Assembly: GCF_009914755.1 (NCBI RefSeq)
Contig: NC_060929.1
Reading direction: 5' to 3' (one strand)
Source of the DNA: the human T2T-CHM13v2.0 reference genome, Homo sapiens
Length of the DNA stretch: 64,000 bases
This document shows positions 50,661 to 64,000 of the stretch, in pieces. The notes under the pieces are model-generated. The model was given only the letters and a program-made list of their open reading frames with translations. It did not search any database and was not told the DNA's origin. Within the stretch, counting starts at the first letter, position 1, and the number at the start of each line of letters is the position of its first letter. The translations under genes and the position numbers were made by a program.

Positions 50661-53314
50661 AACAATTCTTAGCAGTAGTAGTTAAAATCTAGATCAGTTT
50701 TAATCATGAGCATTCCCTTGGCAAAGTTTAGCTCAGTTTTATTTGCATAAATGAAGTTAGGGGATCCTCAAGATGTGTGAAGGGAAGGAGAGGTCCTGAG
50801 AACATAATGTGTGAAAGTCTCTGCAACTATAATTTATCACGTAAGAATGGGCAACTTCATATGAAGGTTAAAACACCTGCATTGGACTCTGGCTTTTTTC
50901 TAGAATTTACTGGCTGTGTGATCTTGTACTGGTTTCTTAACCTCTCTGGTCTCAGGTATTGATGTTGAAAATGAGAAACTAAGAGTATCGCTCTCACCTA
51001 GTTTGTCGAAGGCCTGTAAGAGCTGAAGGTAGGACGTACTTAGAGCATAGTGTGTGCGGGAAAAAATGTTTATAAAAAATAAGGCCGAGCCCATGTTCGA
51101 ATCATTTGTACACATGGATTTTTTTTCTCTCTTCATGGATTACAGCTTTCTTCAGGGAAAGAGACTTTCTCACTTCCTTCTCTGCGTCACCACTGGAGCC
51201 TTAAACGCTATACACTTAGTTACCAGGAGACAGTGAAGTCAACAGCTGCCCAAGTCCCTGTATCCACAGAGTCCCTGTATACACAGCAGGCACCAGCCCA
51301 TATTTATGGAATGAATTAATACGTATTTGTACAATAGCCTTAGTTGTATCCAGTTGGAAGTCAACTTATGGAAGGAATTGCAAATTTTTGAAGAAACTTA
51401 TTTTGGTACTTTTATGTGTACAGATATTAAAAAGAGCCTCATTGGAAACAATTTATCTGAAAGTGGTTCACAAGGAAATTTCCTTAATAAAGAAACAAGA
51501 GTGACTTCCAATCAGTGTGTCAAGTGTTTACAAGTAAACAGATGCTTCTAGACACTTGGAAGTGCTTGAAAACTGTGTTCATGGAAGTAGTTTTAGTATT
51601 TACTTAAAATATTATTTATACTATACATTTATTTAATAGATGCTCTTCAAATAAAACACGAGATTAAATTTGAGTGTTAGCTCTAACTCAATCACTAACT
51701 TCAGATTAATAAGATTCCCACAGTGGAGAAATAACACAGATAGAACAAAGTCTCCCTGGCATACCATGCACAGAGATAATTTTGCCACGTGGCCAAGAGC
51801 ATGCCCGAAGAATTGTCAATCATCAATGTGAGTTGCATCTGAAAAGAAAAAGCTCTGCCCCTTGGACTGTCTCATTCAGAATCAGACCGGATTTTTCAAG
51901 TGCCTTTCATGATAGACTAGGAGGGGAAGGGAAGAGGGAAAAGACCAGGGGATCCAGTGTCATGTCTCTTTCTTCAGCTATGCAAGTAACGCTGAGCTAA
52001 ATTTTGCCAAGAAAAGGTTGATTATTGAAATAGATCTGGTTTCCAGTGACAACAGTTTGTAATTGCCTATTAATATGCTCACACAATGATGGCAACTTTG
52101 CTATGAATGTTTAATTCTAGAACGAGCTGACAAAAATAAATTATGGATGGAACATGCATTAACACAAATTGCTTTCATTTACCACAAGTTTATTTCAAAA
52201 TGAATAGACATCTAAGAAAGAAAAATATTTTCATGTCTGTCTACTGATGTGATTATGTGGCCTGCTTTGATGGAACTGTACTAATGAATGTGAAGCCACT
52301 GCAGAAACACTCCCATCAAAGAGCTCATAATACTATCTTATAAATATTGCTGACACCAATTTTTACTTTACAGACTTTCTGCCTATTTTATTTAGAAAAA
52401 AAATTCAGGTACTTCGGATCTGTTGTATTTTACCATAATCTTTTAGTTCTTTACTGTCTTGGTTAAAATGCAATTTCTAAATGTTTCATTGCAGAGTGAA
52501 CCCGTTCATTTTATTTTATGTCTAGCCTAAAATCCTTATGTGCTCCTGGCTTTTTGTCTTGGTGAAATGTCCTTTTGTTGCTTACATGCCAGTTCTCTCT
52601 CTGCTTATCTTGAACATTATTTTTGTTATTGAGATCTCCGTTGTCCTAAAAAATGCCAACATAGAATTTAGACTCTTCACCTGCATGGGTCTCCACGGTG
52701 AGTTCTGCAAGGTGCTCTGAGAAGCAGCCCCTCACCCCTGGGTCACTGTTCCTGGATCTGTCACCAGGGCACCTGTCTCTTCTCCCAAACGTGTTGCCTC
52801 AACTAGGTATTCCCAGGTACCTGCTCACTCTCCTTCCCCAGAGCCAATGTTAGCCTTGCAAAAATTGATTTATACCACAGCAGGAGACATTACAAGCATG
52901 GCGTACAGAGAAAAGGGTGTTTGGTCATGCAGGCCACCTGCCTTGCTGACCTTTCTCGGGAGCTCCCGGTCATTTCCTGCCTTGCCGGGCTGTGGCTTGT
53001 CCTTACATGTTCCTAGAACGTGTTTTCCTCCTCACTTATTACCTAACACTTGTCTCAACTCCAGTTAGCTCTGTATTTCCTGTTTCACCTCAATCTGACT
53101 TCCGACTTTGGCTAATTTATTCCCAGCCTTCGCTAAATATCCCACACTCCCACTTCCCACGGGACACGTTACCTTCATGCTCCACTGTCCTCTCTGGTTT
53201 CATTTCATTCCTGCAGTAATTTGTTGTTATGAGCCTAATGTTCCTCCTTTTCATCCTAAATTACCCTAAACTTGAGGTAGGAAATGGGTCCATGAAACAG
53301 ATATCAAATATAAG

Positions 53315-53663
53315 TGTTTTAGTCTATGCAGGCTGCTATAGCAAAATGCCTTAAACTGGGTGGCTTCTAAACAACAGAAACTTTTTCCTCAAGTTCGGAA
53401 GGCTTAGAAGTCCGAAATCAAGAGGCTGCCAGATTCAGTGTTCAGTGAGGGCTCATTTCCTGGTTCACACATGGTGCCTTCTTGCATTGTTCTCACAGAG
53501 CAGAAGGAATGAGGGGTCTTTCTCTGGCACTAATCTTGTTAATAAGGGCTCTACCCTTATGACCTAATCACATCCCAAAGGTCCCACCTCCTAATACCAT
53601 CACATTGTGGGTTAGGTTCTTAACATATGAATTTGGGAGGGAACAAACATTTAGTCCATAACA
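53315..53663 (-). mobile_element. MLT1A/MSTD-like LTR
   Basis: ggctgctatagcaaaatgccttaaactgggtggctt...cccacctcctaataccatcacattg...aacatttagtccataaca. Confidence 0.85.
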
Positions 53664-54130
53664 ATATTACATAGGTATACTATATATTACAGAAACGTAT
53701 TAAGATATTATAATATAAAGATATATTATATTTAATATATGATATTATATGTCATATATTTATAATATCTAAATATGTTATATTTAACATATAATATGTA
53801 ACATATTATAATATATAATACATAATGTTATAATTTATATAATATGTAAATATAAAATGTTATATATAATTATATTATATATAATATATTAAATATAATA
53901 ACATTAAATATATATTATATCATATATTAAATATAACAATACATAATATTATATATTTATACATATATTAAATATAATAATATATAATATTATATATTTA
54001 TACATATATCTATATTTATCTATAGAGGGAGATATACTCCCAGTATATACATATATTCTCTCTCTATATATATAAAATATTGGTATCTATTCCCAAATAT
54101 ATATTAATATAGTAAATATTAATATATATC
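53664..54130. repeat. Interrupted (TA)n-like AT-rich low-complexity tract
   Basis: About 450 bp almost entirely A/T, with internal repeats such as aatattatatatttatacatatat. Confidence 0.95.
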
Positions 54131-54704
54131 CTCAAACAAGAGCTCCTTTCTCCTTAAAAAAATTTTAGCATTTATGAATTTCTGCCTCTGTAATTTCCAG
54201 AATCTATGAGAATTTTAATTTTGACATTTTCAAATTGCAATTCAGTCTGTGTTGGAGAGGGGGGCTGGGAAGCAGACCCAGGCATTGGCATTGGAAGACA
54301 GATACAGTAAGTGATGTGCAGATAATTTTGTAAAAATAATCATAATTAATATAACTAGCTGAGGGTTTACTCTTTAAAAGTGAACTGTAACCAATATTCT
54401 TTTTCATTTGATTTATGTCTTTATTATTTAATGTGGTGAACACAAAATGTTACTAAGTTTCCCTAACAATTTTCCTTGTAAGGTCTTCAATTCCTCCATC
54501 CATTCCCTTCTTCTTAATTAAATTCACTTCAACTTTATTGATGATCCATTCTGTAGCTCTCACCACAGTTGAAACATGTCACTAAGATGTCATCCTTTCT
54601 AAAGGGATGCCCTTTACAAGTTTAATGACTGGAAAAGATTTGGAAAATGCTCACTTAGGATTCACTGCAATAAAATGCCACACATTGAGCCAGGTCGAGC
54701 TGTC

Positions 54705-55043
54705 TTACGGTGTGAATCTTTGTGTCTCCCCAAAATTCATGTATTGAAATCCTAACCCCTAAAGTAATGTGATTAGGAGGTGAGGCTTTGGGGAGGTGAT
54801 TGGGTCACAGGGGCAGAGTCCTCATGAATGGACTCAGTGTCTTTAAAAGGAGGACCCAGAGAGACCCTCACCCTTGCCCCCATGAGAGGACACAGGAAGA
54901 AGTCTCCGTCTAGGAACTTCCAGATCTGCCAGTGCCTTCATCCTGGACGTCTCAGCTTCCAGAACAGTGAGAAATAAATTCTTGTTGTTTACCAGCCACC
55001 CAGATTAGAGTATGTTTTACAGCACCCTGAGTGGACTTAGACG
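54705..55043 (+). mobile_element. MLT1A0 LTR
   Basis: ccaaaattcatgtattgaaatcctaacccc...ccagaacagtgagaaataaattc. Confidence 0.85.
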
Positions 55044-55391
55044 AGCCACCACTGGACTCTATGGAAGTAGTGTCTGAGCCAAGACCTAAAGCGATGGCCT
55101 TAATTCTCAGATGAATGTACTTTTATCCCCTTCTGCCTTCCATCCAATCCGCTTGGAAAGGAAACACTATGATGCTGTACCTCTAGGATATTTTAATAGA
55201 AACTTGACTTCTTATTTGGTCCTCTCATATTTTTAGTGTATCTGCAGCACTAACTAAATATAACCTTAGTTTTGCTAGCCTGGATGCTATGTCATGCATT
55301 TTTCTATGGAATAAGAGCTGAATTACACTGTTTTTTGGGGGGAATTAAAAAAAACAAACCTTACATTTAATAACACATCAAAAGATATGCA

Positions 55392-56173
<782 letters not shown>

Positions 56174-56929
56174 CATACCCTTATGATTTCCTTTCTTTGA
56201 AAGCCTTACATCCCAAATGCTTGTCTCGTTTAAAAATCTGTACAAGTTCTGCTTCTTATGATGATGTAACAACCTCTTTCAGACCAACCAGCCTCCTGAG
56301 AACTAGAAAATCTTGAGATAAAAAAACCTCTTGAATGGGTTTAAGTGCATCAGAGAACTGCGTCAGTAGCTGGAAATTACAATACAATTTCCTAGAAGAA
56401 CTCATGAGATAGGTTCAACATTCTCCGAGGCTTCATTCTTCACAACACTTGTTAATTCATGAGCATTGCAAAACCCAAGAGCTAAGGATTTGAACAGAAA
56501 GCAGCAGACGAATGCTTGAGAACCTGGGCTAAGGTCGGCTGTTGATACAACATGTGGAGTCAAGGGTTATTAAGGTACCCAAGATTTCAGGGGCTGCAGT
56601 CTAGAGAGGAAGGAAGTGTGTGAAGGTGAACATGACTTCCTGTGTCCCTCAGGCACTTGCCGATTTGTAAGCAGCTCTGGGCAGAGAGACACGGTCAGGG
56701 GAAGAGAGCAGAAGGGACAAAACTTGGAGTTCAGGGCCTGAAAAAAAGGGGGTGCCCTCACAAATCCTCCGGATTTCCAGGAAGAACCCTAGAACCAGAA
56801 ATAGAACCGCCCTTTTGTGAAAATGACAGCCTAGTAGTGTCAAGCAGCTTAATCCCAGACTTGATTAAAGTAACCTCCTCATCACCCAAATGCCTTCTAA
56901 ACAAAGAAAAACTTATCTTTACCCCACAT

Positions 56930-57110
56930 ATTTATTTATCTGTGGTGAGAACAATTATAGTCTACTCTCAGCAATTGTCAAGTATACAATACAATGTTAC
57001 TAAGCTTGAGTTAGCCATTCTGAAATATATACATACATCAAAACATCATGTTGTATAGCATAAGCATATACAATTTTCATTTGTAAATTTATGAAAATCA
57101 ATCAAGTTAA
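56930..57110 (+). mobile_element. L1MA 3' tail
   Basis: tagccattctgaaatatatacatacatcaaaacatcatgttgta. Confidence 0.6.
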
Positions 57111-57294
57111 AAAGCAAATATTCATTAGAGGAAAATGATTGCAGCAAAAGACTCAAGTTAATGGTACAGCTTTTTCATACTTAATGTCTGACCTTCAATA
57201 AACAATTACCAGGCCTAGCAGGAGGCACAAACAAATTACCAAAAGCCAACAGGCAAAACAGAAAACAGAAGCAGATCCATAGGAAATTCCTGCT

Positions 57295-57613
57295 TTTCTG
57301 GATCACATGCTCTGGGGAAAGCCAGTTACGAGGACACTCAAGCAGCCACATGGAGAAGCCCAGGTGGAGAGAAACACAGCCCCTGAGCCAGCAGCCAACA
57401 ACCATCTGCCAGCCATGTGAGCCATGACTCCAGTCCCAGCCAACATCTGCCCGTAAACACAGGAGGGATCACAAGCAAAAACTGTCCAGCTGTGCCCTTT
57501 CAAAATTCCTGACCAATCAAGATTGTGAGAGGTAACAAGTGATTACTGTCGATTTTTTCAACATACTATGTTTTGGGGAGATACTTTGTCCATGTAGCAT
57601 CAGAAAGTAATAC
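57295..57613 (+). mobile_element. MLT1 (E/F-like) LTR 3' part
   Basis: gctctggggaaagccag...ctcaagcagccacatggagaagccca...aattcctgacc. Confidence 0.65.
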
Positions 57614-57614
57614 A

Positions 57615-58130
57615 ATGCCCAGCAATGCACCTGCATGTGTATACCAAAAGAAACATGTGTAATATAAATGTTAATATAATTGATAGCAAACCCAACTAAA
57701 ATAAACTCAAATGACTATCAACAGTGGAATGGATAAATAAATTATGCTATACTCATACTAAGAAATACCACAAAGCAATGAAAATTCAACTACTACTATA
57801 TGCAACAATATCAATGAATTTCACAAATATAATATTGATAAAAAGACTCCACATTAAGAAAAACTACCAACCAAATGATTCCATGTATATGAAGTTCAAA
57901 ATCAGGCACAAATAATCTGTGGTGATAGAAGTCAGGTTGTAGTAACTTTTCAGAAGGCGGGCAGGTGGGCTTTGAGAAGGGACATAAGAAGTACTTTCAG
58001 GAAGCTTGTAACATTCTATTTTGTAAAAAATCAAAGTAGAGGATGGAAAGAGTCTTGATTTTTTGACAATTTATCAAGCTCTGCAGTTTATGTTTAGAAA
58101 AGTCTTATAGTGTTTCTACATATTTATGGC
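57615..58130 (+). mobile_element. L1ME 3' fragment
   Basis: EWINKLCYTHTKKY translation; atgattccatgtatatgaagttcaaaatcaggc. Confidence 0.7.
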
Positions 58131-59966
58131 AATGCTGTTGAAAGTACACATAAGCAAATAAATCTCAGAATATTTGGGATAAATAATGACTCTTGTAGAT
58201 ATTTCTCCATTTTAAAATAGTGTAGCTTACCCTGAAGATATAGGCCTGCCATTTGATTAGAGAGCCTGGGTAATGAAAGAGCAATTTTTCTATTATTTGG
58301 CAGGCTCGTGTACCTGCAGCAGTCCCCGAGATGGAACTAGAGAGTGAATGATGGAGAGAAGCCTGCTTCATCTCGCTGCTGTGTAATGTGTTGCAGAGCT
58401 TGTCAATGCCTCTAGCTACTTGAGTTTCCAAAGCAGACACCAATCTCTTCCAGGACCCAGAATTGCTGATAATGCTCCGATCTGATTGCCCTCACACAGT
58501 GAAGGGAGAACCAGCAGCTGCCTGGAAGCAGAGCCATGCTGCGCCTGGGAGGAACAGGCACAAGGACGGCGGAACCCTTCTAGTGGCAGTCTTCACTGAT
58601 TGATGTGATGGCCATGGGAATAAACAGGCATTCCCGAAAATTTGTCTTTGAGAAAGTGTTTTTAGTCTGGCAACTGAGATGTATCAGCCAGTTTTCAGCA
58701 AAGTCAGTTTTCCCCTGGATCAGAACCAAGGTTTTGCCTGGCTTCTCGGCTTCTGAAAAGCAGAATCAAATTTTATGATTTTTAACTTTGAAAATCATAA
58801 AACAGCTCCAACACTTGGCTGATTACAAAAACACCAACCTTAAAATTACTTTGCCTGCTTTAGAGATAAATTAGGTTGTTTGAGCTTCATTATCTTCTGT
58901 TTTCACAAATTAAACTGCTCTTAGGTTCTCTTTTGCTCTTAAAAGTTATGCAACAACAGTTTTTTTGTCCTCCACGAGGTTAATGTAATTTTCCTAATCA
59001 AGAGGGAAATGTGGAAGTTGTCCTCGTTGAATACATGTGGACTCTGGAAACTGCACAGTAAACACTCAGGTCCATTAACTAGAGGCCATTTCTTTCAACA
59101 AAAAAATAAAAAACTCTAGGGGAAATAGATTTTATCAACTCTAACATAAGTGTTTCTCTCCAGGGCAGCTGTATGAAAACATCAAGAAATAGCAATTAGA
59201 ACCTTTTATTTGGTGCTGTGGCTGCCAGCATCCATCATTTTTAGAGACAGAAAAACTTCTGCTTTGATTTCTTGTTGTTAATCTCTCCTCCTGTGGGAAA
59301 GTTCACTGGAAATATAATTTGTATGTAATTGATTTGTATCTCACATCCAAATGCAATAACTCCTTAAAGAAAGTTTTTATTCTGAAACCCTGAACTGTAG
59401 TGAAGAGGGACTGCCCTCTACTCATTATATAATGTAAAAGAAAAACTATTTTAAAGGTTGAATGCCCTTTGTTTCCTTCTGATTCCAGACTCTATCTAGT
59501 TCCCTGTGAAAGTGAATTTTTAAAATAGGGCTTTGCAGCCTAACTGGAACAAACAAGAAACCTCAACAATGTTTCAGTTCAGTTGGACACATTAAATGAC
59601 TGCCTGCTATGGGCCAGGAAATGCAGACTGTAGGGGAAAGTGGGTCTTTAGACGTGGCCTCTTTTATCATTGAAAAGTGTTTAATCCAACATGCAGACAT
59701 TCTATAAGAAGGAAGAAGCTCTCTTTGGTTGAGGGTCACACACACACACCACACACAATTTTTTCACCATGTAAATTTGAAAGGTAATTTATCTTTTTTT
59801 GTTTGTTCTTTAGGACAGGAATAGAATAATCCTATTTATCTGTTTTTCACATTAGTCGTGGAAAATCACTTCTGGTTCAATTAATTCAATATGCTAAAAT
59901 ATATTTCCGTTGCAGATGGTTTAGGAGAAGAAAGATTGCAAAAAAGAGGGTTGTGGTGTCTGCTGT

Positions 59967-61065
59967 TGTTATGGGCTCTCTGGGGTGTCAATTTTTCAGG
60001 CTGGAAACCTCTGGGGCCACTGTGCCTTTGCTTGAGCTCTTGTCCTGCATCCAGGAAGAATGAGGTATGCAGATAAGTGAAGGGTGAAGAAGAAGAAGAG
60101 TTTTATTTAGCTTTAGAACAGCTCAGAGGAGTGGGTAACTCCTGTCTGTAGGCAGGTCATCCCTTCAGTTGTTCAGCTCTCAGCAGAGAAGAGGCCCTGG
60201 AGAAGGTGGCTCCTCTCCGCAGGCAAGTCATTCAGACGTGCTGCACGTCTCTGAAGTTCTCAGCAGAGAGGGTAGCTTCTCTCTGCCAGCAGGTGGTCTC
60301 TGAAGTTCTCAGTGGAGAGGGTTCTCCTCTCTGCAGCTGACTGTCCTGTGCTGCGGTCTCTCTGCCCTCTTCATCCACTGGCCATCCTCTGCTCTTCCTC
60401 AGAGGGGAGGAAGTGCTTGTGAATTGGCCCATGGGTGGCCATGGGGGGCCCAGAAGAGCCACCACAAGTCCCCACTCCCTTCCACTGGACTGGCAGCTGG
60501 TCCCCAGCCTTCAAGCCCTGAAGGTAGGGCCTTACTGGGGACCTGACCCTTTCCACCCAGGAATCAATCTGCCTCCCACTGCCATTTGTGGCCCCCAGAT
60601 TGGGCCCCAACCTCCCACTCAGAGATTGGAGCAGGCTCTGGGAGTGGAGAGAGGCCAGGCAGCAGGAGAAGACACCCCTAAGCCTGCAGGGATGAGGAGG
60701 CTCCTTGCTGGGGACCCCAAGGGTTCAGGCTCCAGACACCCAGCTCCTGCACACGGGAGGGTGGCCACAGCTGCACCCAGGAAGGCAGATCCTGCCTGCT
60801 CCCGGCCCTCCCTCAAGAGCACAGGGGGCCCCCATCCACAGTTGCAGTTTAGGCGACTATAGCTCTGCCCAGGAGATCGGGGATCCTGGATGCTCCATAG
60901 AACAGGAGGCCTGGGTCTGCAGCTGCTGTTTAGGTGGCTGCAGTGGAACAGGGACCTCCCGTCCCAACTCAGAAGGGGCAGATCTCCTGCTGGCTCCATG
61001 GAGCGTGCAGCCCCAGCTGCGCTTCTCTGTTGCAGCTGGCATGATGGCAGCAGCCACTGCCGTCA
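59967..61065 (-). mobile_element. MER52 solo LTR (ERV1)
   Basis: Minus strand begins TGACGGCAGTGGCTGCTGCCATCATGCCAGCTGC. GC-rich. Perfect TSD ctgt on both sides. Confidence 0.9.
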
Positions 61066-61786
61066 CTGTTGGGAGAGAAGCACAGACAGGAGGAACTGAG
61101 GTCGAGGCTCAGAGGCCGGGCAGGGACGCAGTTATTAAGGATTTCATTGGTGCCTGGGGTACGACAGGTGCCACTAGGCTTAGGTACAGTGGTGGAACAA
61201 CATGGCATCCTGTGGCATGCCAGCATTCACAGTGCAAACACTTGCAGTTATGGCATCCCATATCTTTATGGCCAATTTCTCTACCCTACCCCCTACACAA
61301 TTTAGTTTAGAAGCAAACAATATCATTGAAGAAGAGAAAGTGTGAACGAAATGTACCCACAGAAAATCTGAATTTGTGAATTATTGCTCAGTGCAGTATC
61401 AGATGTGTTGTGTCCAGTTGCACACACTGAGACTGAGCATTGGGGAATCTGAGACTCGATGGACTCTGAACCAGACCTAGGAGCATGTCGGGGTGGATGC
61501 AGTGAGATGAGCCCTCTGTGCCTGGATTCCCAACCCAGTGACCCTGTCAGGAAGAGCCAGGGTGTCAAGTCATGAAGATGAGCCTAAAGAGCCACCCAGC
61601 ATGCACTGGCCAAGTCACAGGGGTGAGCCACTTGGTGGCTTGCGGTGTTCCCTTCTAAAAGTCATCTTTGCTTTTTCATCTTTGCTTTTTGTCTTCTTTT
61701 ATCTTTGCTTTTTCACCTTTGCTTTTTGTCTTCTTTTATAGTTCCCAAAGTGAAGATATATCTCTGCTAAATAAACTCATCATAGC

Positions 61787-61788
<2 letters not shown>

Positions 61789-61818
<30 letters not shown>
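61789..61818. repeat. (CA)n microsatellite
   Basis: Directly visible in the sequence. Confidence 0.95.
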
Positions 61819-61820
<2 letters not shown>

Positions 61821-62191
61821 ATACACACATGCATGTGCATATGCACGTGAGTTTCTCAATCATAAGGACCCAGAGTACATTCAGGTAATCAGTAATAGAA
61901 AGGTAGTTGTGTTCAGGAATGACACTTCTCATCTGCATGGCACGCAATGCACTCTGCTTTCCCTCTGTCTGTCCACTTTCAGAGCAGTTGCACTGAACAG
62001 GAAAAGATCTACTTCATCAACATCAAGACTGCATGTTCTTATCTATGCTAATATGTGATAGGCATGTTTCATAACTTCAACAGTCTTTATCTCTAGTTCT
62101 AAAATATTATATCATCTACATAGTTTCAGAAATACTATTGCACTCTAAAGGACAATAAAAATAGAATGAAAACTGTTTTGTAGTTCCCCCT

Positions 62192-62563
62192 TGATATGGT
62201 TTGGTTCTGTGTCCCTACCCAAATCTCATCTCGAATTCTAACCCCACGTGTTGAGGGAGGAACCTGGTGGGAAGTGATTGGATGTTGGGGGCAGATTTCC
62301 CCCATGCTGTTTTCATGATAGTGATGGAGTTCTCACGAGATCTGATGGTTTAAAAATGTGGCACTTCCCTTCTTGCTCTCTCTCTCTCTCTCTCCTGCCG
62401 CCATGTAAGACGTGCCTTGTTCGCCCTTCGCCTTGCACCATGATTGCAAGTTTCCTGAGGCCTCCCCGGCCATGCAGAACTGTGAGTCAATTAAATCTCT
62501 TTTCTTTTTAAATTACCCAGTCTTGGGTAGTTCTTTATAGTGGTTTGAAAATGGACTAATATA
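62192..62563 (+). mobile_element. MSTA/THE1D solo LTR
   Basis: tgatatggtttgg...gaactgtgagtcaattaaa...atggactaatata. Perfect 5-bp TSD cccct. Confidence 0.9.
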
Positions 62564-63079
62564 CCCCTCAAGGAGACTAATCCTTACCTTGGATGGCGGT
62601 AAGGAACCCAAGTCCCTAAAGCCACATCAGGGCTGGTCTTCCCTTCTCCAGGAAGACTCCTTGATTTGTGATTGGCAGGCACAACGCCATTGTGCCACCT
62701 GCCATCCAGAATGAAGAGAAGCCTGCACTGGCACACCTCCATGACCATTTTGTTTCCTACTGTTTCATTAAATTGTGCCCAAGAAGCCTGAAGCCAGACA
62801 GCAGTTGAGGAGGGAGCGTTAATTTCTTTGCATCGTAAAATACTTCAGGGCTTTTCTTCAGTAGATGAGCTTTTGATGCCATGGAGGCATGCCAGCCACC
62901 TTTCTGGATCTTGACTACAAATCTTGCATGAGTTCACTTATCTCTAATATGTGTCTCCAAACCTCCAACTTAATTATTCATTTGCCTTCCCTTATAGTAA
63001 CTTGCTTTTGATTCCTCTTACACATTTTATGCTTTCTCACGGAAGACGGCTTATTCTAGCTGAATATCTTGATTGCACC

Positions 63080-63880
63080 TTTCACACAATCAACACATCT
63101 TTAGGAAGCTCCAAGTGTGTGCCAGCCATTGCTCTAAGTGCTGGGGACTGGGTAGAGACAAAATGAATAAAAATTCTCACCCACAGGGAACTTATGTTCC
63201 AGTGGGTAGAAACCCATGAGCAGCTATCTATTTATTTCACACAATCTCACTTATCTCAAATCGAGGAGAAATTTGGAAGATACTTTAGAGAGGTAACCAT
63301 ACCACATGGCAGAAGAGCAAGGAAGATAGTGTGGGTGGTGTAGGGTGGGGCAGGGTTGCAGGGTGGGGAAATGACAGAGGGGTGGGGTGGGATGTCAGTG
63401 TTGCAGCACATTGTGGTGAATTGTGAACACTTTGGTTTTTACTTTGAGATGGGAAGACACCGAAAGGTTTTGAGTAAGCCAATGTCATTTTCTGCCATTG
63501 TGCTTCAAAGAATTGCTTGGCTCCTCAATGGAGATCTGACTGAAGAGGACCAGGATGGAGGCAGGAGGGGCAAGCAAGAAGCCACTGCAACAATCAAGGC
63601 CAGAAATGGCAGCAGCTGGGACAGATGGTCTCAGTGGACCAGGTGAGCTCTGCTCATGCTAGTGAAATGTGCTTTGAAGGCGGAGTCTTCCCCGCTCTCT
63701 AATGGCTGGATGTGGGATGAATAAAGAGGAGGCATTTGGCCTGAACAACTAGGAGGATGGCAGGGACATTTTCTGGGGTGGGGATATTGTTGGGGAGGAT
63801 CCTGGCTTGAGGGAAAAGATGGCGACCTGGTTCTGGACATGGCAGGTGTAAGATCCCGGATAGATATCACTGGCATTGGA
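63080..63880 (-). mobile_element. L2 fragment
   Basis: tgtgccagccattgctctaagtgctgggga...ttggcctgaacaactaggaggatg. Confidence 0.65.
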
Positions 63881-64000
63881 TTATGCTGCCTCCCCTCAAA
63901 TAGACTGGAGATATAAACCCCAGTACCTATGAATGTGACCTTCTTTGGAAACAGTATCTTTCCAGATATAGATAGTTAAGCTAAATTGAAGCCATCCATG
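63880..64000 (+). mobile_element. MLT1 LTR 5' start, running off the window
   Basis: cctatgaatgtgaccttctttggaaacagtatctttccagata...ttaag. Confidence 0.65.

Noticed and set aside
60413-61310. Overlapping 126-201 aa ORFs
   Set aside because: They lie mostly within the GC-rich MER52 LTR, where stop codons are rare, and show no recognisable domain.
61660-61740. TC-rich tandem duplication (tttgctttttc...)
   Set aside because: An ordinary low-complexity slippage repeat.

Overview
This is primate (very probably human) nuclear DNA from an intergenic or deep-intronic region. I see no credible protein-coding exon, rRNA, tRNA or CRISPR array. The listed ORFs come from Alu, L1 or LTR sequence, tandem repeats or chance. 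More than half of the window is interspersed repeats: Alus, L1s of several ages, L2/MIR, MaLR LTRs (THE1/MST/MLT1) and hAT/Tigger MITEs. An ERV1-type LTR cluster at about 32-47.5 kb includes a two-LTR non-autonomous MER61 provirus. The most notable structures are: a ~560-bp GCATG-rich compound minisatellite (25.4-25.9 kb); a near-perfect fold-back hairpin at the end of an MLT1 LTR (31.4 kb); a recent ~136-bp templated insertion copied from ~590 bp upstream (48.2/48.8 kb); two 5'-inverted L1s, one carrying multi-layer nested insertions; and displaced gag-start remnants plus a Lys-like primer binding site (PBS) in the provirus. Subfamily names come from recalled consensus sequences and need RepeatMasker/Dfam confirmation. 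I found no convincing novel multi-gene system.
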